Both the position numbers and the translations under genes were made by a program. Positions 45,990 through 56,442 of a stretch of 64,000 nucleotides of DNA are shown here, in pieces (the stretch's first letter is position 1; each line of letters begins with the position of its first letter). The stretch is from an uncultured delta proteobacterium. Lineage in GTDB: Bacteria > Myxococcota_A > Polyangia > Polyangiales > Polyangiaceae. The stretch spans positions 3,968,001-4,032,000 of the forward strand of contig CAWAIF010000003.1 in NCBI GenBank assembly GCA_963782055.1, in the 5' to 3' direction. The notes below the pieces were generated by a model that was not told the DNA's origin, did no database searches, and worked only from the letters and a program-made list of their open reading frames with translations.

Positions 45990-47117
45990 TCACGGCACCG
46001 GGTCGTAGTAGCCCGCGGCCTCGACGGTGACGTCCACCTCGCCGTCGGTCACCCCGAGCACCTCGTACTCCACCGCCACCTGCCGCCCGCGCCGCATCTC
46101 CACGCCCACACCGTCGGCGCGCGCCAGGGCCGAGCGCGCGCCCCCGCGCACCGGCAGCAGCACCCGACCGCCGACCCGCAGCACCAGGCTGTCGAGGTGG
46201 GTGACCTCCCGCTCGCGCTCCATGACGCGCAGGCGGACGCGGCCGCCCCGCACCGGCACGCGCGCCACGCGGTGTGTGTCGGCGCCGCGCCGCGCCCACC
46301 CCGCGCGCCACGGGAGCACGACGAAGGGAGCGAGGTCGCCGCCGTCGCCGTCGGAGAAGACCACCCACGGACAGCTGATGCAGAGCCACGTGTGCGTGAG
46401 GTCGCGGGGCCCGAGCCGCACCTGCGTCGACGCGCGCACGGTGATCTTCCGGCGCACGCCGTTCTTGTCGTAGGTCCCCCGCGCGCTGAAGGTGCCTGCC
46501 TCGCCGGCGAGCACGAAGTAGTCGCCTGGCGCCACGTCGAAGCGAACCGGTGAGGGGGTGCATCGCCGAGCGGCGTACGGGTGCAGGCTACGGTACTCGG
46601 CCAGCCCGCCCCAGAAGCTCGGGTCGTCGGTGAGTCCGATGAGCGCCTGCATGAGGAACTGATCGTCCTTCGGGTACTTGCCCGCGGGTAGCAGGGCGAC
46701 CCAGCCTTGCGGGAAGGCGCACGACACGTCCACGGCCACGTGGCCCACGGAGGGCGGCCGCAGCGGCGCCGCGTGGACGACTCCGACCGTCCCGGAGCCC
46801 ACCGTGCCGGAGCCGACGGCACTCGAGCCCGACCCGAGCGTCGCGATGCCCGCGTCGGTGCGCGCCCCCATCGCCCCCGACGACGCGTCGCCGGTGGCGA
46901 GCACGCCGCCGGCCGGATCGCCGTCGCCCTGCTGTTTCACGCCCCCGGCGCCTGCGATCGCCGTGCACTGCCGCTGCCCGGGCTGGAAGACGCTCCCTGC
47001 TGGGCACACCACCACCGTCTGCGATGGCGTGTCCGCCCCGCCCTGCTCACGCGTGCACGCCGTCGCGAGCGTCGCGAGCGCCACGAGCCCCACCATCGCC
47101 CATCCTCGACCAGTCAT
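45990..47117 (-). CDS. Hypothetical lipoprotein with a C-terminal SCPWV beta domain
   Basis: Lipobox ATAC, Gly/Ser linker, CISCPWV..EREREVTHLDSL..GYYDP. ATG 47117 is in frame with ORF 45990..49103. Confidence 0.65.
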   Translation of the reverse strand: MTGRGWAMVGLVALATLATACTREQGGADTPSQTVVVCPAGSVFQPGQRQCTAIAGAGGVKQQGDGDPAGGVLATGDASSGAMGARTDAGIATLGSGSSAVGSGTVGSGTVGVVHAAPLRPPSVGHVAVDVSCAFPQGWVALLPAGKYPKDDQFLMQALIGLTDDPSFWGGLAEYRSLHPYAARRCTPSPVRFDVAPGDYFVLAGEAGTFSARGTYDKNGVRRKITVRASTQVRLGPRDLTHTWLCISCPWVVFSDGDGGDLAPFVVLPWRAGWARRGADTHRVARVPVRGGRVRLRVMEREREVTHLDSLVLRVGGRVLLPVRGGARSALARADGVGVEMRRGRQVAVEYEVLGVTDGEVDVTVEAAGYYDPVP

Positions 47118-47122
47118 CGCCC

Positions 47123-48811
47123 TCACCTCCGCAGCATCTCGGCCGCGGCGCGACGCGCGGCCTCCCCGACCTTCACGCCGCCGATCATCCGCGCGACCTC
47201 GTCCACGCGCTCGGGCGCGCCCAGCCGCCGCACCGACGTGGTGGTCCGGCCGCGCGCCTCCGCCTTGTCGACGACGAAGTGAGTGTCCGCCAGCGCGGCG
47301 ATCTGCGGCAGGTGCGTGATGCAGAGCACCTGCCGGTGGCGCGCCACGTCGGCGATGGCCCGGCCGATGACCTCCGCCACCGCGCCGCCCACGCCGGCGT
47401 CCACCTCGTCGAAGACGTACAGCCCCGCCGGCCCCTTCTCGGCGAGCACCCGCTTGAGCGCCAGCAGCGAGCGCGACAGCTCGCCGCCGCTGGCGATGCG
47501 CCGCAGCGGGCGCGGGTCCTCCCCGCGGTTGGGCGCGATGAGGAACTCGACGCGGTCGATGCCGGTGCGCGTGATGCGCGCGCCGTCCAGCGTCATGGCG
47601 TCGCCCGCCGACGCCGTCGTGGGCTCCACCTCCACCACCACCCGCGCGCGCCCCATGCCGAGCTGGCCAAGCTCGCGGCCGATGGCGTCGGCGAGCTCGT
47701 CCGCGGCGGCGCGGCGCCTGCGGGAGAGGGCGCGCGCGGCCTCCGCCACCTCGGCATGAAGGCGATCCCTCTCCGCCTCCAGGGCGGCCAGCCGCTCGTG
47801 CATCGAGTCCAGGCCCTCCAGCTCTCGCATCAGGGCGTCGCGCACGGCCGCGAGGTCCGCGCCCTCGCCGTGCTTGCGCAGCAGCTTGCGCAGGCGGAAG
47901 AGGCGCTCCTCGACCTCCGTCAGACGCTCCGGGCTGGCCTCCACGCCCTCGGCGTAGCGCGCCAGCCCGCGCGCGGCGTCGGCGAGCTCGGCACGCGCCG
48001 TCTCGATGGCGAGCCCGAGCGGGGCGAGGGAGCCGTCCAGGCTCGCGGCGCCCTCCACCTCCGACGCCAGCCGCCCGAGCTCGTCGCAGATGGCGCTCTC
48101 CCCTTCGTAGAGCCGCTCCGCCGACCGGCGCGTGACCTCCGCCAGCCGCTCGGCGTGGCGCAGCCGCCCGCGCTCGTTCTCCAGCTCGGTCTCCTCGCCC
48201 GGGCGTGGATCGATCTCCTCGAGCTCCTTGAGCTGGAACGCCAGGTAGTCCTGCCTGTCGGAGCGGCCGCGCTCGGCGGCGCTCGCCTCCGCAAGCTCGT
48301 GCTGCGTCGCCGCCAGCGCCTCGACGCGCGCCCCCAGCGCCACCCGCTCCGCGCCCAGCTTGCCGAAGGCGTCGAGGTACTCCAGGTGCGTCGCCGGGTC
48401 GGTCAACGACACCGACTCGTGCTGCGAGGCGATGTCGCAGAGATCGGGGGCGAGCTCGGCGAGCTGCGCCGCCGTGCCCAGACGCCCGTTCAGGAAGGCG
48501 CGGCTGCGCCCCTCCGACTGCACCACGCGCCGCACCACCAGCTCTCCCGCGCAGGGCACGCCCGCCGCCTCCAGCTTGGCGGCCACCCGCGAGCCGTCGG
48601 CCACCTCGAAGAGCGCCTCCACCTCCGCCTCGCGCGCCCCGGCGCGTACCATGTCCGGCCGCGCCCGCCCGCCGAGCACCAGCGACAGCGCATCCACCAG
48701 CATCGACTTGCCCGCGCCCGTCTCCCCGGTCAGCACGTTGAAGCCCGGCCCCGGCTCCAGCGTGACACGCTCGATCAGCACCAGGTTCAGGACGGTGAGC
48801 TGCAACAGCAT
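47123..48811 (-). CDS. recN: DNA repair protein RecN
   Basis: TGETGAGKS, SQHE, IASGGELSR, FDEVDAGVGG, QVLCITHLPQIAA. Confidence 0.96.
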   Translation of the reverse strand: MLLQLTVLNLVLIERVTLEPGPGFNVLTGETGAGKSMLVDALSLVLGGRARPDMVRAGAREAEVEALFEVADGSRVAAKLEAAGVPCAGELVVRRVVQSEGRSRAFLNGRLGTAAQLAELAPDLCDIASQHESVSLTDPATHLEYLDAFGKLGAERVALGARVEALAATQHELAEASAAERGRSDRQDYLAFQLKELEEIDPRPGEETELENERGRLRHAERLAEVTRRSAERLYEGESAICDELGRLASEVEGAASLDGSLAPLGLAIETARAELADAARGLARYAEGVEASPERLTEVEERLFRLRKLLRKHGEGADLAAVRDALMRELEGLDSMHERLAALEAERDRLHAEVAEAARALSRRRRAAADELADAIGRELGQLGMGRARVVVEVEPTTASAGDAMTLDGARITRTGIDRVEFLIAPNRGEDPRPLRRIASGGELSRSLLALKRVLAEKGPAGLYVFDEVDAGVGGAVAEVIGRAIADVARHRQVLCITHLPQIAALADTHFVVDKAEARGRTTTSVRRLGAPERVDEVARMIGGVKVGEAARRAAAEMLRR

Positions 48812-48883
48812 GCTCGACCTCATAGCCGAAGCGGCCGCCGGGGCCGAGGCCCTGCTCGTCGGCGACCGACCCGGCGAACCCTG

Positions 48884-48913
48884 TTGACGCGGTTGGGCCC
48901 GATTCACTAAGGT
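48884..48913 (+). promoter_or_regulatory. Putative sigma70 promoter of the fic-hisF unit
   Basis: TTGACG-N18-TAAGGT. Confidence 0.5.
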
Positions 48914-48983
48914 GCGCAATGCGCGCCGCCTGTGGCCTCGCCCCACATTTTTCGCAGGAAAATCGCGCATCTAGCAGCGCCCC

Positions 48984-49823
48984 ATGGCCGCCAAGACTCC
49001 TGCAAAGCGCAAGACCACCAAGACTGCCGCCCCGCCTGTGGTGCCGCCTCGGCCGCAGACCATGGAGGAGCGTACCGCCGATCTGGAGCTCCGTCTCCAG
49101 CACGCGGACTCCTCCTTCCAGCAGCGGTACCGAGAAAACCTCGATATGTCATGGATTTACCATGACAGCGCGCTGGAGGGCGTCGTCTATACGGTCCAGG
49201 AGCTGCGGGCTGCCATCGACCCCGGCTTCCAGGCCCCCGAGATCGACTCCAGCCTCCAGCCGGTCATCGAGGAGATCCGCCGCCACCGCGAGGCGCTGGA
49301 CTTCATCCGCGACCTGGCCGTCAAGCGCCGGCAGGCGATCACCGTGGACGTCGTCAAGCAGATCTACCTCATCCTGCACCCGGAAGAGGGCGACCTGAAG
49401 ACGGTCAAGTACCGCAAGGACATCCCGCAGCACCGCCTGTACTTCCACGAGTACGCCCCGCCCGACAAGATCGCGTACAAGGTCCGCGCCGTCGTCGACT
49501 GGATCAACGATCCGGAGACGCGCCGCACCCGCACGCCCATCCGCCTGGCGGTGCGCGCGCACTACGACCTCCTGCGCGTGTTCCCCTTCCCCAACGACAG
49601 CGGCAAGGTGGCGCGCCTGCTGATGAACGCCCTCTTGCTGCGCGGCGGCTACCCGCCCGCCATCGTCCACTCCACCGAGCGGCAGCGCTACTACGAGGCC
49701 CTCAAGGGCTCGAGCGCGGCGATGACGCAGATCGTTCACGAGGCCATCGAGAACAACCTGGCGTCCATCGAGAAGCTCATGGAGGGCTACGAGCACGGGC
49801 CGGCGTCCGCGTCCACGGGCTGA
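48984..49823 (+). CDS. Fic-domain protein with a degenerate active site
   Basis: YHDSALEG helix, YRK flap, [24 protein letters not shown] (canonical HPFxDGNGRxxR), RYYEAL. Confidence 0.85.
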   Translation: MAAKTPAKRKTTKTAAPPVVPPRPQTMEERTADLELRLQHADSSFQQRYRENLDMSWIYHDSALEGVVYTVQELRAAIDPGFQAPEIDSSLQPVIEEIRRHREALDFIRDLAVKRRQAITVDVVKQIYLILHPEEGDLKTVKYRKDIPQHRLYFHEYAPPDKIAYKVRAVVDWINDPETRRTRTPIRLAVRAHYDLLRVFPFPNDSGKVARLLMNALLLRGGYPPAIVHSTERQRYYEALKGSSAAMTQIVHEAIENNLASIEKLMEGYEHGPASASTG

Positions 49824-49836
49824 GCTCGGTCGTCGG

Positions 49837-50610
49837 ATGCTGGCCCGGCGAATCATCCCCTGCCTCGACGTCCGCGACGGACGCGTGGTCAAGGGTGTGC
49901 GCTTCGAGGGCCTGCGCGACGCGGGCGACCCGGTCGAGCAAGCGCGACGTTACGACGCGGAGGGCGCCGACGAGATCGCCTTCCTGGACATCTCGGCCTC
50001 GCACGAGGGGCGCGGCACCCTGCTCGACCTCGTCGCGCGGACGGCCGAGGTCACCTTCTGTCCGCTCACCGTCGGCGGCGGCGTCCGCGACGAGTCGGAC
50101 GTGCGCGCGCTCTTGAACGCCGGCGCGGACAAGGTCAGCATCAACACCGCCGCCGTGAACCGACCCGAGCTCATCCAGCGCTGCGCAGGCTCGTGGGGCG
50201 CGCAGGCCATCGTCATCGCCGTCGACGCCAAGCGGGCCGGCGAAGGCTGGGAGGTCTTCACGCACGGCGGCCGCGCGGCCACCGGCCTGGACGCGCGGGA
50301 ATGGGCGGAGCGCGCCGCGCGTTCCGGCGCCGGGGAGATCCTGTTGACCAGCATGGACCGCGACGGCACGCGCGAGGGCTACGACCTCGGATTGTTGCGC
50401 GCGGTGGCGGACGCGGTGGACGTACCCGTCATCGCGAGCGGCGGCGTGGGCTCGCTCGAGCACCTGCGGGCGGGGCTGGTGGAGGGTCACGCCGACGCCG
50501 CGCTCGCGGCCAGCATCTTCCACTCCGGAGAGCACACCATCGCCGAGGCGCGCGCCTTCCTCTGCGCGGCCGGCGTCCCCGTCCGCGACGACGCGGAGCG
50601 CGCCGCATGA
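49837..50610 (+). CDS. hisF: Imidazole glycerol phosphate synthase, cyclase subunit
   Basis: [56 protein letters not shown]. Confidence 0.97.
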   Translation: MLARRIIPCLDVRDGRVVKGVRFEGLRDAGDPVEQARRYDAEGADEIAFLDISASHEGRGTLLDLVARTAEVTFCPLTVGGGVRDESDVRALLNAGADKVSINTAAVNRPELIQRCAGSWGAQAIVIAVDAKRAGEGWEVFTHGGRAATGLDAREWAERAARSGAGEILLTSMDRDGTREGYDLGLLRAVADAVDVPVIASGGVGSLEHLRAGLVEGHADAALAASIFHSGEHTIAEARAFLCAAGVPVRDDAERAA

Positions 50611-52385
50611 CCGAGCCGCTCGAAGCATCGGTGACGCTGGACGAGGTGTTCGTGGTCGTCAGCGCGAAGCGCGTGCCGCTCGCGCCGGAGCTCGCCGGGT
50701 ACCTCGCGCTGGAGATCGCCGAGGGCGCGAGCAAGCAGCCCGGCGAGGTGGACCCGCGCAACGTCTACATCAGCGAGGAGGGCTCGGTCGCGCTGGTCCG
50801 CTCGCGCGAGGCGAAGGGGGAGGCGGAGGCCTCCATCCGCGCGCTGCTCGCGCGCCTGCTGGTGGCGACCGGATCGCAGACGCCCGCCCTCGGCGCGGTG
50901 GCCCGGAAGAAGGCCACCGGCGAGCTGGGCTCGCTGGTGGAGGAGCTGGAGGCGGCGCTCATCCCCGTCAACCGCGCCGCCGGCCGGCGCGCGCTGGCGC
51001 GCATGGCGCGAGAGGTCAAGCGCGTCACGCTGCGCGTTGGTCGCAACGCGTCGGTCCCCGCCGCGTCGGAGCTGGCGCCCCGCGCCTCGGAGCGTCCACC
51101 CCCCCAGCACGTCGAGCCCGCCAGGTCGGAGCGTCCGCCCCCGTCGGCGGCCACCTTCGACGCCGAGGAGGTGCCCACCACCGCGCGCCGCGACATCCCC
51201 CCGGAGGTGCTGGAGGGGCCGCCGCAGGAGACGCCCGGGCTCCAGCAGCCACCCAGCCTGAGCGACATGCCGACGGTCGGCCTGAGCAAGGAGGACCTGA
51301 TGGCCGCGGCCGCGCGGGGCAAGCGCGACTCGGTCGACAGCCTCCTCGACTCCTTCGAGGTCTCCGGCCAGCGGGAGGACAAGGCGCTCTCCGGCGAGCT
51401 CAAGGCGATGGTGGGGCTGGAGCCAACTCCCCCACCCCCCCGGACCGACGACGACATCGAGGCGCTGCTCGGCGCCAGCGCGCCCGTGAAGGCAGCCGCC
51501 CCGGCGAAGAGCGCCCTCTCCGCGCAGGCCGGCGCGCGGAACGACAGCCGCCCGGAGCGCCCCGCGCGCGGACCGTCGTCCTCGCGCGCCGACGACCGCC
51601 AGCTCCCCACCGCGCCTTCGCTCAAGCGCTCGCAGCTCTCCATCACCACCGAGCTGCGCCGGCGTCGCTCCGGGCGTGACCGCGCCTTGCTGATCATGCT
51701 CATCCTGCTCGTCGGCGTGCTCGCGGTGACGCTGTGGATGCTCAAGCCCGGCTTCTTCACCGGACGCACACCGGACAAGGTCGCCGCCGAGCGCGCCGCG
51801 GCCCTGGCGGCGAGCGCCAAGCTCGCGGCGAAGCGCGCGGAGCCGCAGTGCCACGCCTCGCTCGTCGTGGGCGACGCGCCAGAGGACGCCGAGATCCTCC
51901 TGCGCGCGGGTCAGGCACCGATCGACATCGACCGCATGCCGGCGGGCGCGCGGCTGGAGTTCGTCGCCACCGCGGAGGGCTACGCTCCCAAGCGCGCGGT
52001 CGTGCCGGCGGACGCGGCCTGGGACCACACCGGTCCCGGCGGCAAGCCGCGCTTCGAGCTGGCCATCCAGCTGGACAAGTCGAAGGCGCGGCACGGCGCC
52101 GTCGACAAGTGGCCGCCCGGCGAGCCGGGCAGCGAGGTGGGCGGCAAGGGCGACCCGGGCGTCGTCCACGTGGTCGCCAGCCCCAAGGGCGCGGAGGTGT
52201 GGGTCCTCGCCGGCCTGGGGCCCAGCGCGCAGATCGACGATCTCATCGACTGCGACCACGACGCCGACGTGCTCGTCGCGGGGCCGGGCACCTACCGCAA
52301 GCGGCTGCACGTGGCGGGCTCCAGCTTCGTCGCCGAGCCGGGAGCGCCTGCGGGCGTGCGCACCGCCCGTGTCAGCGCCAAGTAG
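50607..52385 (+). CDS. Bitopic membrane protein: N-terminal kinase-remnant domain, disordered linker, TM, PEGA-like periplasmic domains
   Basis: [65 protein letters not shown]. Confidence 0.6.
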   Translation: MTEPLEASVTLDEVFVVVSAKRVPLAPELAGYLALEIAEGASKQPGEVDPRNVYISEEGSVALVRSREAKGEAEASIRALLARLLVATGSQTPALGAVARKKATGELGSLVEELEAALIPVNRAAGRRALARMAREVKRVTLRVGRNASVPAASELAPRASERPPPQHVEPARSERPPPSAATFDAEEVPTTARRDIPPEVLEGPPQETPGLQQPPSLSDMPTVGLSKEDLMAAAARGKRDSVDSLLDSFEVSGQREDKALSGELKAMVGLEPTPPPPRTDDDIEALLGASAPVKAAAPAKSALSAQAGARNDSRPERPARGPSSSRADDRQLPTAPSLKRSQLSITTELRRRRSGRDRALLIMLILLVGVLAVTLWMLKPGFFTGRTPDKVAAERAAALAASAKLAAKRAEPQCHASLVVGDAPEDAEILLRAGQAPIDIDRMPAGARLEFVATAEGYAPKRAVVPADAAWDHTGPGGKPRFELAIQLDKSKARHGAVDKWPPGEPGSEVGGKGDPGVVHVVASPKGAEVWVLAGLGPSAQIDDLIDCDHDADVLVAGPGTYRKRLHVAGSSFVAEPGAPAGVRTARVSAK

Positions 52386-52439
52386 TCGCGGCGCATTTGG
52401 GTTGGTTTCGGGGCGGCCATTGGATACCGTTGCTGGGCC

Positions 52440-52826
52440 ATGCACGACCAGGATTTCGCGATCGTCCGCGCTCTCGTCCCTGTCGCCTGGGCCGACGGTG
52501 AGTTTGCCGAGCGGGAGAAGGAGACCATCGAGGCGCTCCTCGACGCCTTCGGCGCCGACGACGTCGAGAAGGAGAAGATCCGCGCCTTCGCCGCGGAGCC
52601 GCGCTCCCTCGACGACATCAGCCTGCAGGAGCTCTCCGCCGACGACAGGCGGGTGCTGCTCCAGCACGCGGTGCTCCTCTCCTTCGCCGACGGCGATCAG
52701 GACGACAAGGAGCGCGCCTTCCTGGACAAGCTGGCCGAGCGCCTGAAGGTCCCCGCCGACGAGGCGAAGGCCCTGATGACAGCCTCCGCCGAGCGCGCGA
52801 AGAAGTACCTCGACCTGCTCAAGTGA
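52440..52826 (+). CDS. TerB-family protein
   Basis: VAWADGEFAEREKE and LSFADGDQDDKERAFL. Confidence 0.8.
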   Translation: MHDQDFAIVRALVPVAWADGEFAEREKETIEALLDAFGADDVEKEKIRAFAAEPRSLDDISLQELSADDRRVLLQHAVLLSFADGDQDDKERAFLDKLAERLKVPADEAKALMTASAERAKKYLDLLK

Positions 52827-53202
52827 CCTCACCCGGCTGGCGCCGGGAGAGGGACTCGATCTCCTTGAGGAGCGCGGTGGGGCTGAAGGGCTTCGTGTAG
52901 TAGGCGCTCGCGCCTGCCGCGAGGGCGCGCTCCTTCGACTGGGCGTCGTCCATCGCGCTGATGATGAGGATCGGCACGGCCTTGGTGAGCGGCTCGGCGC
53001 GCAGCCGGGTGCAGACCTCGAAGCCATCGAAGGAGCCGGGGAGGTTGAGATCGAGCAGGATGACGTCCGGGACGCGCGCTCGCGCCGCCTCCAGGCCGCG
53101 CGCGCCGGAGGGCACCGCGACGACCTCGTGGCCGCGGCCGGCCACCAGCGCTTCGATCATCTTCCGGATGGAGTCGGAGTCTTCGACGATGAGGATCCGC
53201 AT
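52819..53202 (-). CDS. Single-domain response regulator (CheY-like)
   Basis: ILIVEDS, PDVILLDLNLP, ISA, YYTKPF. Confidence 0.93.
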   Translation of the reverse strand: MRILIVEDSDSIRKMIEALVAGRGHEVVAVPSGARGLEAARARVPDVILLDLNLPGSFDGFEVCTRLRAEPLTKAVPILIISAMDDAQSKERALAAGASAYYTKPFSPTALLKEIESLSRRQPGEVT

Positions 53203-53252
53203 CTGGGACGGAGTCTACACGGTTACGGTGTGCTTGGGAGCGAACGCTCCGG

Positions 53253-54617
53253 TCAGCGGGTGAAGGTGACGCTGGCGCGGAGCCCGCCGCCCGGGGCGTC
53301 GGTCACCTCGAAGGTGGCGCCCTGCCACGAGGCGAGCGCGGCGGCGACGTAGAGCGGGATGCTGGTGGGGCGTCCGTAGGTGCCAGGCTCGAGCTCCAGC
53401 GCGACGAAGTCCCGGCGCGCCGTGGCCGGGAGGGTCGGGCCGGCGTCGTCGATGACCAGCTTGGGACCGGACTCGCCGCCCAGCACGCGCAGCACGACCT
53501 CGCTCCCGCGCGGGGAGGCGGCGATCGCTTGACCTATCAACTGTTGCACCAGCGTGGAGGTCGCGCGCGGCGCGCCGCGGGCGTAGATGGGATCGCGCCC
53601 CGCCTCCTCGAAGCGCAGGGTGACGCCGGCGCGCTCGGCGCGAGCGGAGAGATCGCCCACCCAGCGGGAGACGATCTCCACCAGGTCCACCGGGCCGGGC
53701 AGCTCCTGCGGGTCCAGGCTGCCGATGGCGCCCAGCAGGTTCACGAACTCCTGCGTCTGCGAGAGGCCCTTGCGCGCCGTCTCCAGGCGCCCGTCCGGCT
53801 CGGTGCGGGCCTTGGCCACGGCGGCGACCTCCCGCGCGACGGGGACGAGGAGCGAGCGCAGCTCCGCCGCGACGCCGCCGAGCAGCCGCACCAGCACCGC
53901 CACGCGCTCGACGGTGTCGGTGCTGGCGAGCGGCGGGGGGAAGGTGGAGGGGTGCGCCGGCTCGTCGGAGGGGGAGAGCGCCTGCGCGAGCTCCCGCGCG
54001 TACGCCTCGCCCTGCTTGCGGGCCTCGTCCAGCTCCTTCTGGAGGTTCTCGCGCTCCTTGCGCTCGGAGTCGGCGGGGAGACTGACGATCTCCATGCCGC
54101 CTTCCAGGTCCAGCCGGCCGCCGTAGCGGATCGCCATGCGGGAGACCCAGGCGCGCTCGGCGGCGGCGGTGGCGCTGGAGTCCGGGCCGAGGACCACGCT
54201 GACCTTCACGATGTCCTCGTCGCGCTTGATGCTCAGCTGCGATTCGGTGCCGCTGCCGTGGCCGACGAGCAGCTGCAGCATGCGACGCAGCTCGGCCTCG
54301 TCGCCGAAGACCTCGGTGCCGCTACCCGGCTCGATGGAGACGCGTGCCTCGGGGGCGATCTCCCAGAGCAGGGCGGCGAGGTCCACGCGGCCGCGCCGGC
54401 CGCCGACGCGCAGCGGCTTGTTGTGCAGGGTGGAGAGCATGCGCATGGCGTCGTCGAGCGCGTCCAGCGTGGCGTCCACGCCGCCGCCCTCGGGGTCGGC
54501 CGGGGGTGGGTTGGTCTTGAGGACCTGGACGCCCACGCGCAGGCGCTCGGCGGCGCCCTGCGCCTCCTGCGTGAGCAGCCAACCCAATTCTTGACGTGTC
54601 AACCGACCCTTGGACAC
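53253..54617 (-). CDS. Degenerate histidine-kinase-like protein (two HATPase-like modules)
   Basis: GDEAELRRMLQLL; H-box-like LLGGVAAELRSLL; LVQQLIGQAIAAS; IDDAGP; PGGGLRASVTF. Confidence 0.65.
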   Translation of the reverse strand: MSKGRLTRQELGWLLTQEAQGAAERLRVGVQVLKTNPPPADPEGGGVDATLDALDDAMRMLSTLHNKPLRVGGRRGRVDLAALLWEIAPEARVSIEPGSGTEVFGDEAELRRMLQLLVGHGSGTESQLSIKRDEDIVKVSVVLGPDSSATAAAERAWVSRMAIRYGGRLDLEGGMEIVSLPADSERKERENLQKELDEARKQGEAYARELAQALSPSDEPAHPSTFPPPLASTDTVERVAVLVRLLGGVAAELRSLLVPVAREVAAVAKARTEPDGRLETARKGLSQTQEFVNLLGAIGSLDPQELPGPVDLVEIVSRWVGDLSARAERAGVTLRFEEAGRDPIYARGAPRATSTLVQQLIGQAIAASPRGSEVVLRVLGGESGPKLVIDDAGPTLPATARRDFVALELEPGTYGRPTSIPLYVAAALASWQGATFEVTDAPGGGLRASVTFTR

Positions 54618-54731
54618 CCGTGCACCTGAGGGCTCAGGATACGCAAAGCCAGGCCGGAAGCGAGCGCGATTGCGCGAGGGGTCGAGCTGCCCCTGCGGGC
54701 GGTGGGCCGGGGCGGTGCTACGCTCACGGTC

Positions 54732-55049
54732 GTGCTGAACGAACGACGCGCCCGGTCCGTGCGCTACGACGCCTCCACCGACACCTACCTCCTCGGCCTC
54801 GACCCCTCCGGGGACGCCCTGCCCAACCGGTCGCGACGCCCCGCCACGCTGCTGCTGGACGTCCAGGGCCACCTGGTGGGCGTGGACCTGGGCGGCGAGG
54901 GCCTCGCGCGGACGGTGGTGATGCTGGGCGCCCACGAGTCGGTCCACTCGCAGCGCGAGGCGGAGGTGGAGGTCTCCGGCGGGGAGGTGCGCGTCGTTGG
55001 CGCGCGCGCCCTGCTGCCCGTGGGCGAGCTCAACCCCTACGCGTCCTAG
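54732..55049 (+). CDS. Hypothetical protein
   Basis: YDASTDTYLL..LLLDVQGHLVGVDL. GTG start follows TACGCT. Confidence 0.55.
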   Translation: MLNERRARSVRYDASTDTYLLGLDPSGDALPNRSRRPATLLLDVQGHLVGVDLGGEGLARTVVMLGAHESVHSQREAEVEVSGGEVRVVGARALLPVGELNPYAS

Positions 55050-55071
55050 CGCGGCCCCGGGGCGCGGCGGG

Positions 55072-56442
55072 TCAGCGTCGCGACGAGGTCGTGGCGCGCG
55101 TGCGTGAGCGCTCGCTCCCTCGCTCCCGCACGACGAGCACGTCGTCGGTGGGGAGGGTGCGCGGGACGCTGACGCGGATGGGCCGCTTGAAGGAGCGCGG
55201 GTCGCCGATCTCGCCTGTCGCCACGGCGTAGGCGAGCGTCTCCGCGGACGCCACGATGCACGGGGGCGCCTTCGCCCCTTGCGGCTCCGCCTCCGCGGTG
55301 CGCAGCGACACGCCGCCGGGTGGCGGGGGGTAGAGCTCGCCGGTCATCACGCGACGGTCCGGCTCGATGATGCGCGCGCCGGTCGCGACCAGGTCGGTGA
55401 GCGCGCCTTCCAGGGCGAGCACCTCCAGCATCTGCCGCGTGGGGACGGCCAGGAGCAGATCGACGCGCGCCGGGACGCGCTTGGACTTGAGCAGCAGCGC
55501 GGCGGCGAGCAGATCGCGCAGGGTGACGCCGCTGTCTCCACCGAGCAGCACCTGCGACACCGGCTTGCCCGCCAGATCGCGGACGGTGCGCACCGCGCCG
55601 GTCTCGTCCTGCAGCAGCGGGTCGACGGCGGCGAGGTCGACGTGCAGCACCTCGGCGAAGGGCGCGCCGGCGTCCGGGGCGAGGGCGCGGTGCGCCTTGG
55701 AGCGGCGCTGATCGCGCAGGAAGACCTCGGTGCGCTCGTCGCTGAGGAAGATGGCGCCGACGGCGCCGAGCTGGGGGGCGACCCCCGCCAGCACCGCGCG
55801 CTCGCCCACCGAGAGCAGGCGCGCGCTCGGCCCGCCGAACTCGACGATCACCGGTGCGCCGCTGTCGCGCTCCACGCGCCGCACCGCGTCCGCCAGGCCG
55901 CGCCGCAACAGCTCGAGCGACACGTCGCGCGCGCACACGAAGGGCCGCATCCGTCCGGTGAGCAGCACGTGGACGCTGCGGGGCGGTCGCAGGGTCACCT
56001 TCCCGTGGACGAGCGCCTGCCCGAGCTGCGCGGGCGGCACGACCAGGGTCACCATGCCGATGCCGCCGACGGGCATCAGGCGTGGGTCGTCGGTGACGCA
56101 GAGCCGCGCGGGGCTGGCGAACCGCTCGAGGTGCACCGGCGCCGGGAAGCCCACGCCGGGCCGTCCGACGAGCATGCCGTGGGGGAGCATGGCCTCCAGC
56201 CCCGTCGCCGGAGCCGAGCCGTCGGTCACGCAGCGGCCATCGTAGGCGATGGCGAGCTCCACCGCCGCCTTCTTCATCCCCTGCGAGAGGGCGTCGGCGA
56301 AGGCCCGCTCCGGCGCGCGCGCCAGCACGACCTGATCGACCTCCACCTCGACGCGGTCGCCGGAGAGGTTCGGGTCCGCGGCTCGCCCCGCGAGTACTTT
56401 CTGGGCCATCGTGCGGGGCGGGTCCCCTGCTTTGGCGCGCAT
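55072..56442 (-). CDS. Aconitase/LeuC large-subunit-like protein lacking Fe-S ligands
   Basis: TMAQKVL, VEVDQV, ARDVSL, VEFGG, LSVGERAVL, VDLAAVDP, ASAETLAYAVATG. Confidence 0.8.
   Translation of the reverse strand: MRAKAGDPPRTMAQKVLAGRAADPNLSGDRVEVEVDQVVLARAPERAFADALSQGMKKAAVELAIAYDGRCVTDGSAPATGLEAMLPHGMLVGRPGVGFPAPVHLERFASPARLCVTDDPRLMPVGGIGMVTLVVPPAQLGQALVHGKVTLRPPRSVHVLLTGRMRPFVCARDVSLELLRRGLADAVRRVERDSGAPVIVEFGGPSARLLSVGERAVLAGVAPQLGAVGAIFLSDERTEVFLRDQRRSKAHRALAPDAGAPFAEVLHVDLAAVDPLLQDETGAVRTVRDLAGKPVSQVLLGGDSGVTLRDLLAAALLLKSKRVPARVDLLLAVPTRQMLEVLALEGALTDLVATGARIIEPDRRVMTGELYPPPPGGVSLRTAEAEPQGAKAPPCIVASAETLAYAVATGEIGDPRSFKRPIRVSVPRTLPTDDVLVVRERGSERSRTRATTSSRR

Noticed and set aside
45990..49103. 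1037-aa ORF spanning recN
   Set aside because: The upstream part is an alternative frame of recN. Only 45990..47117 looks like a real gene.
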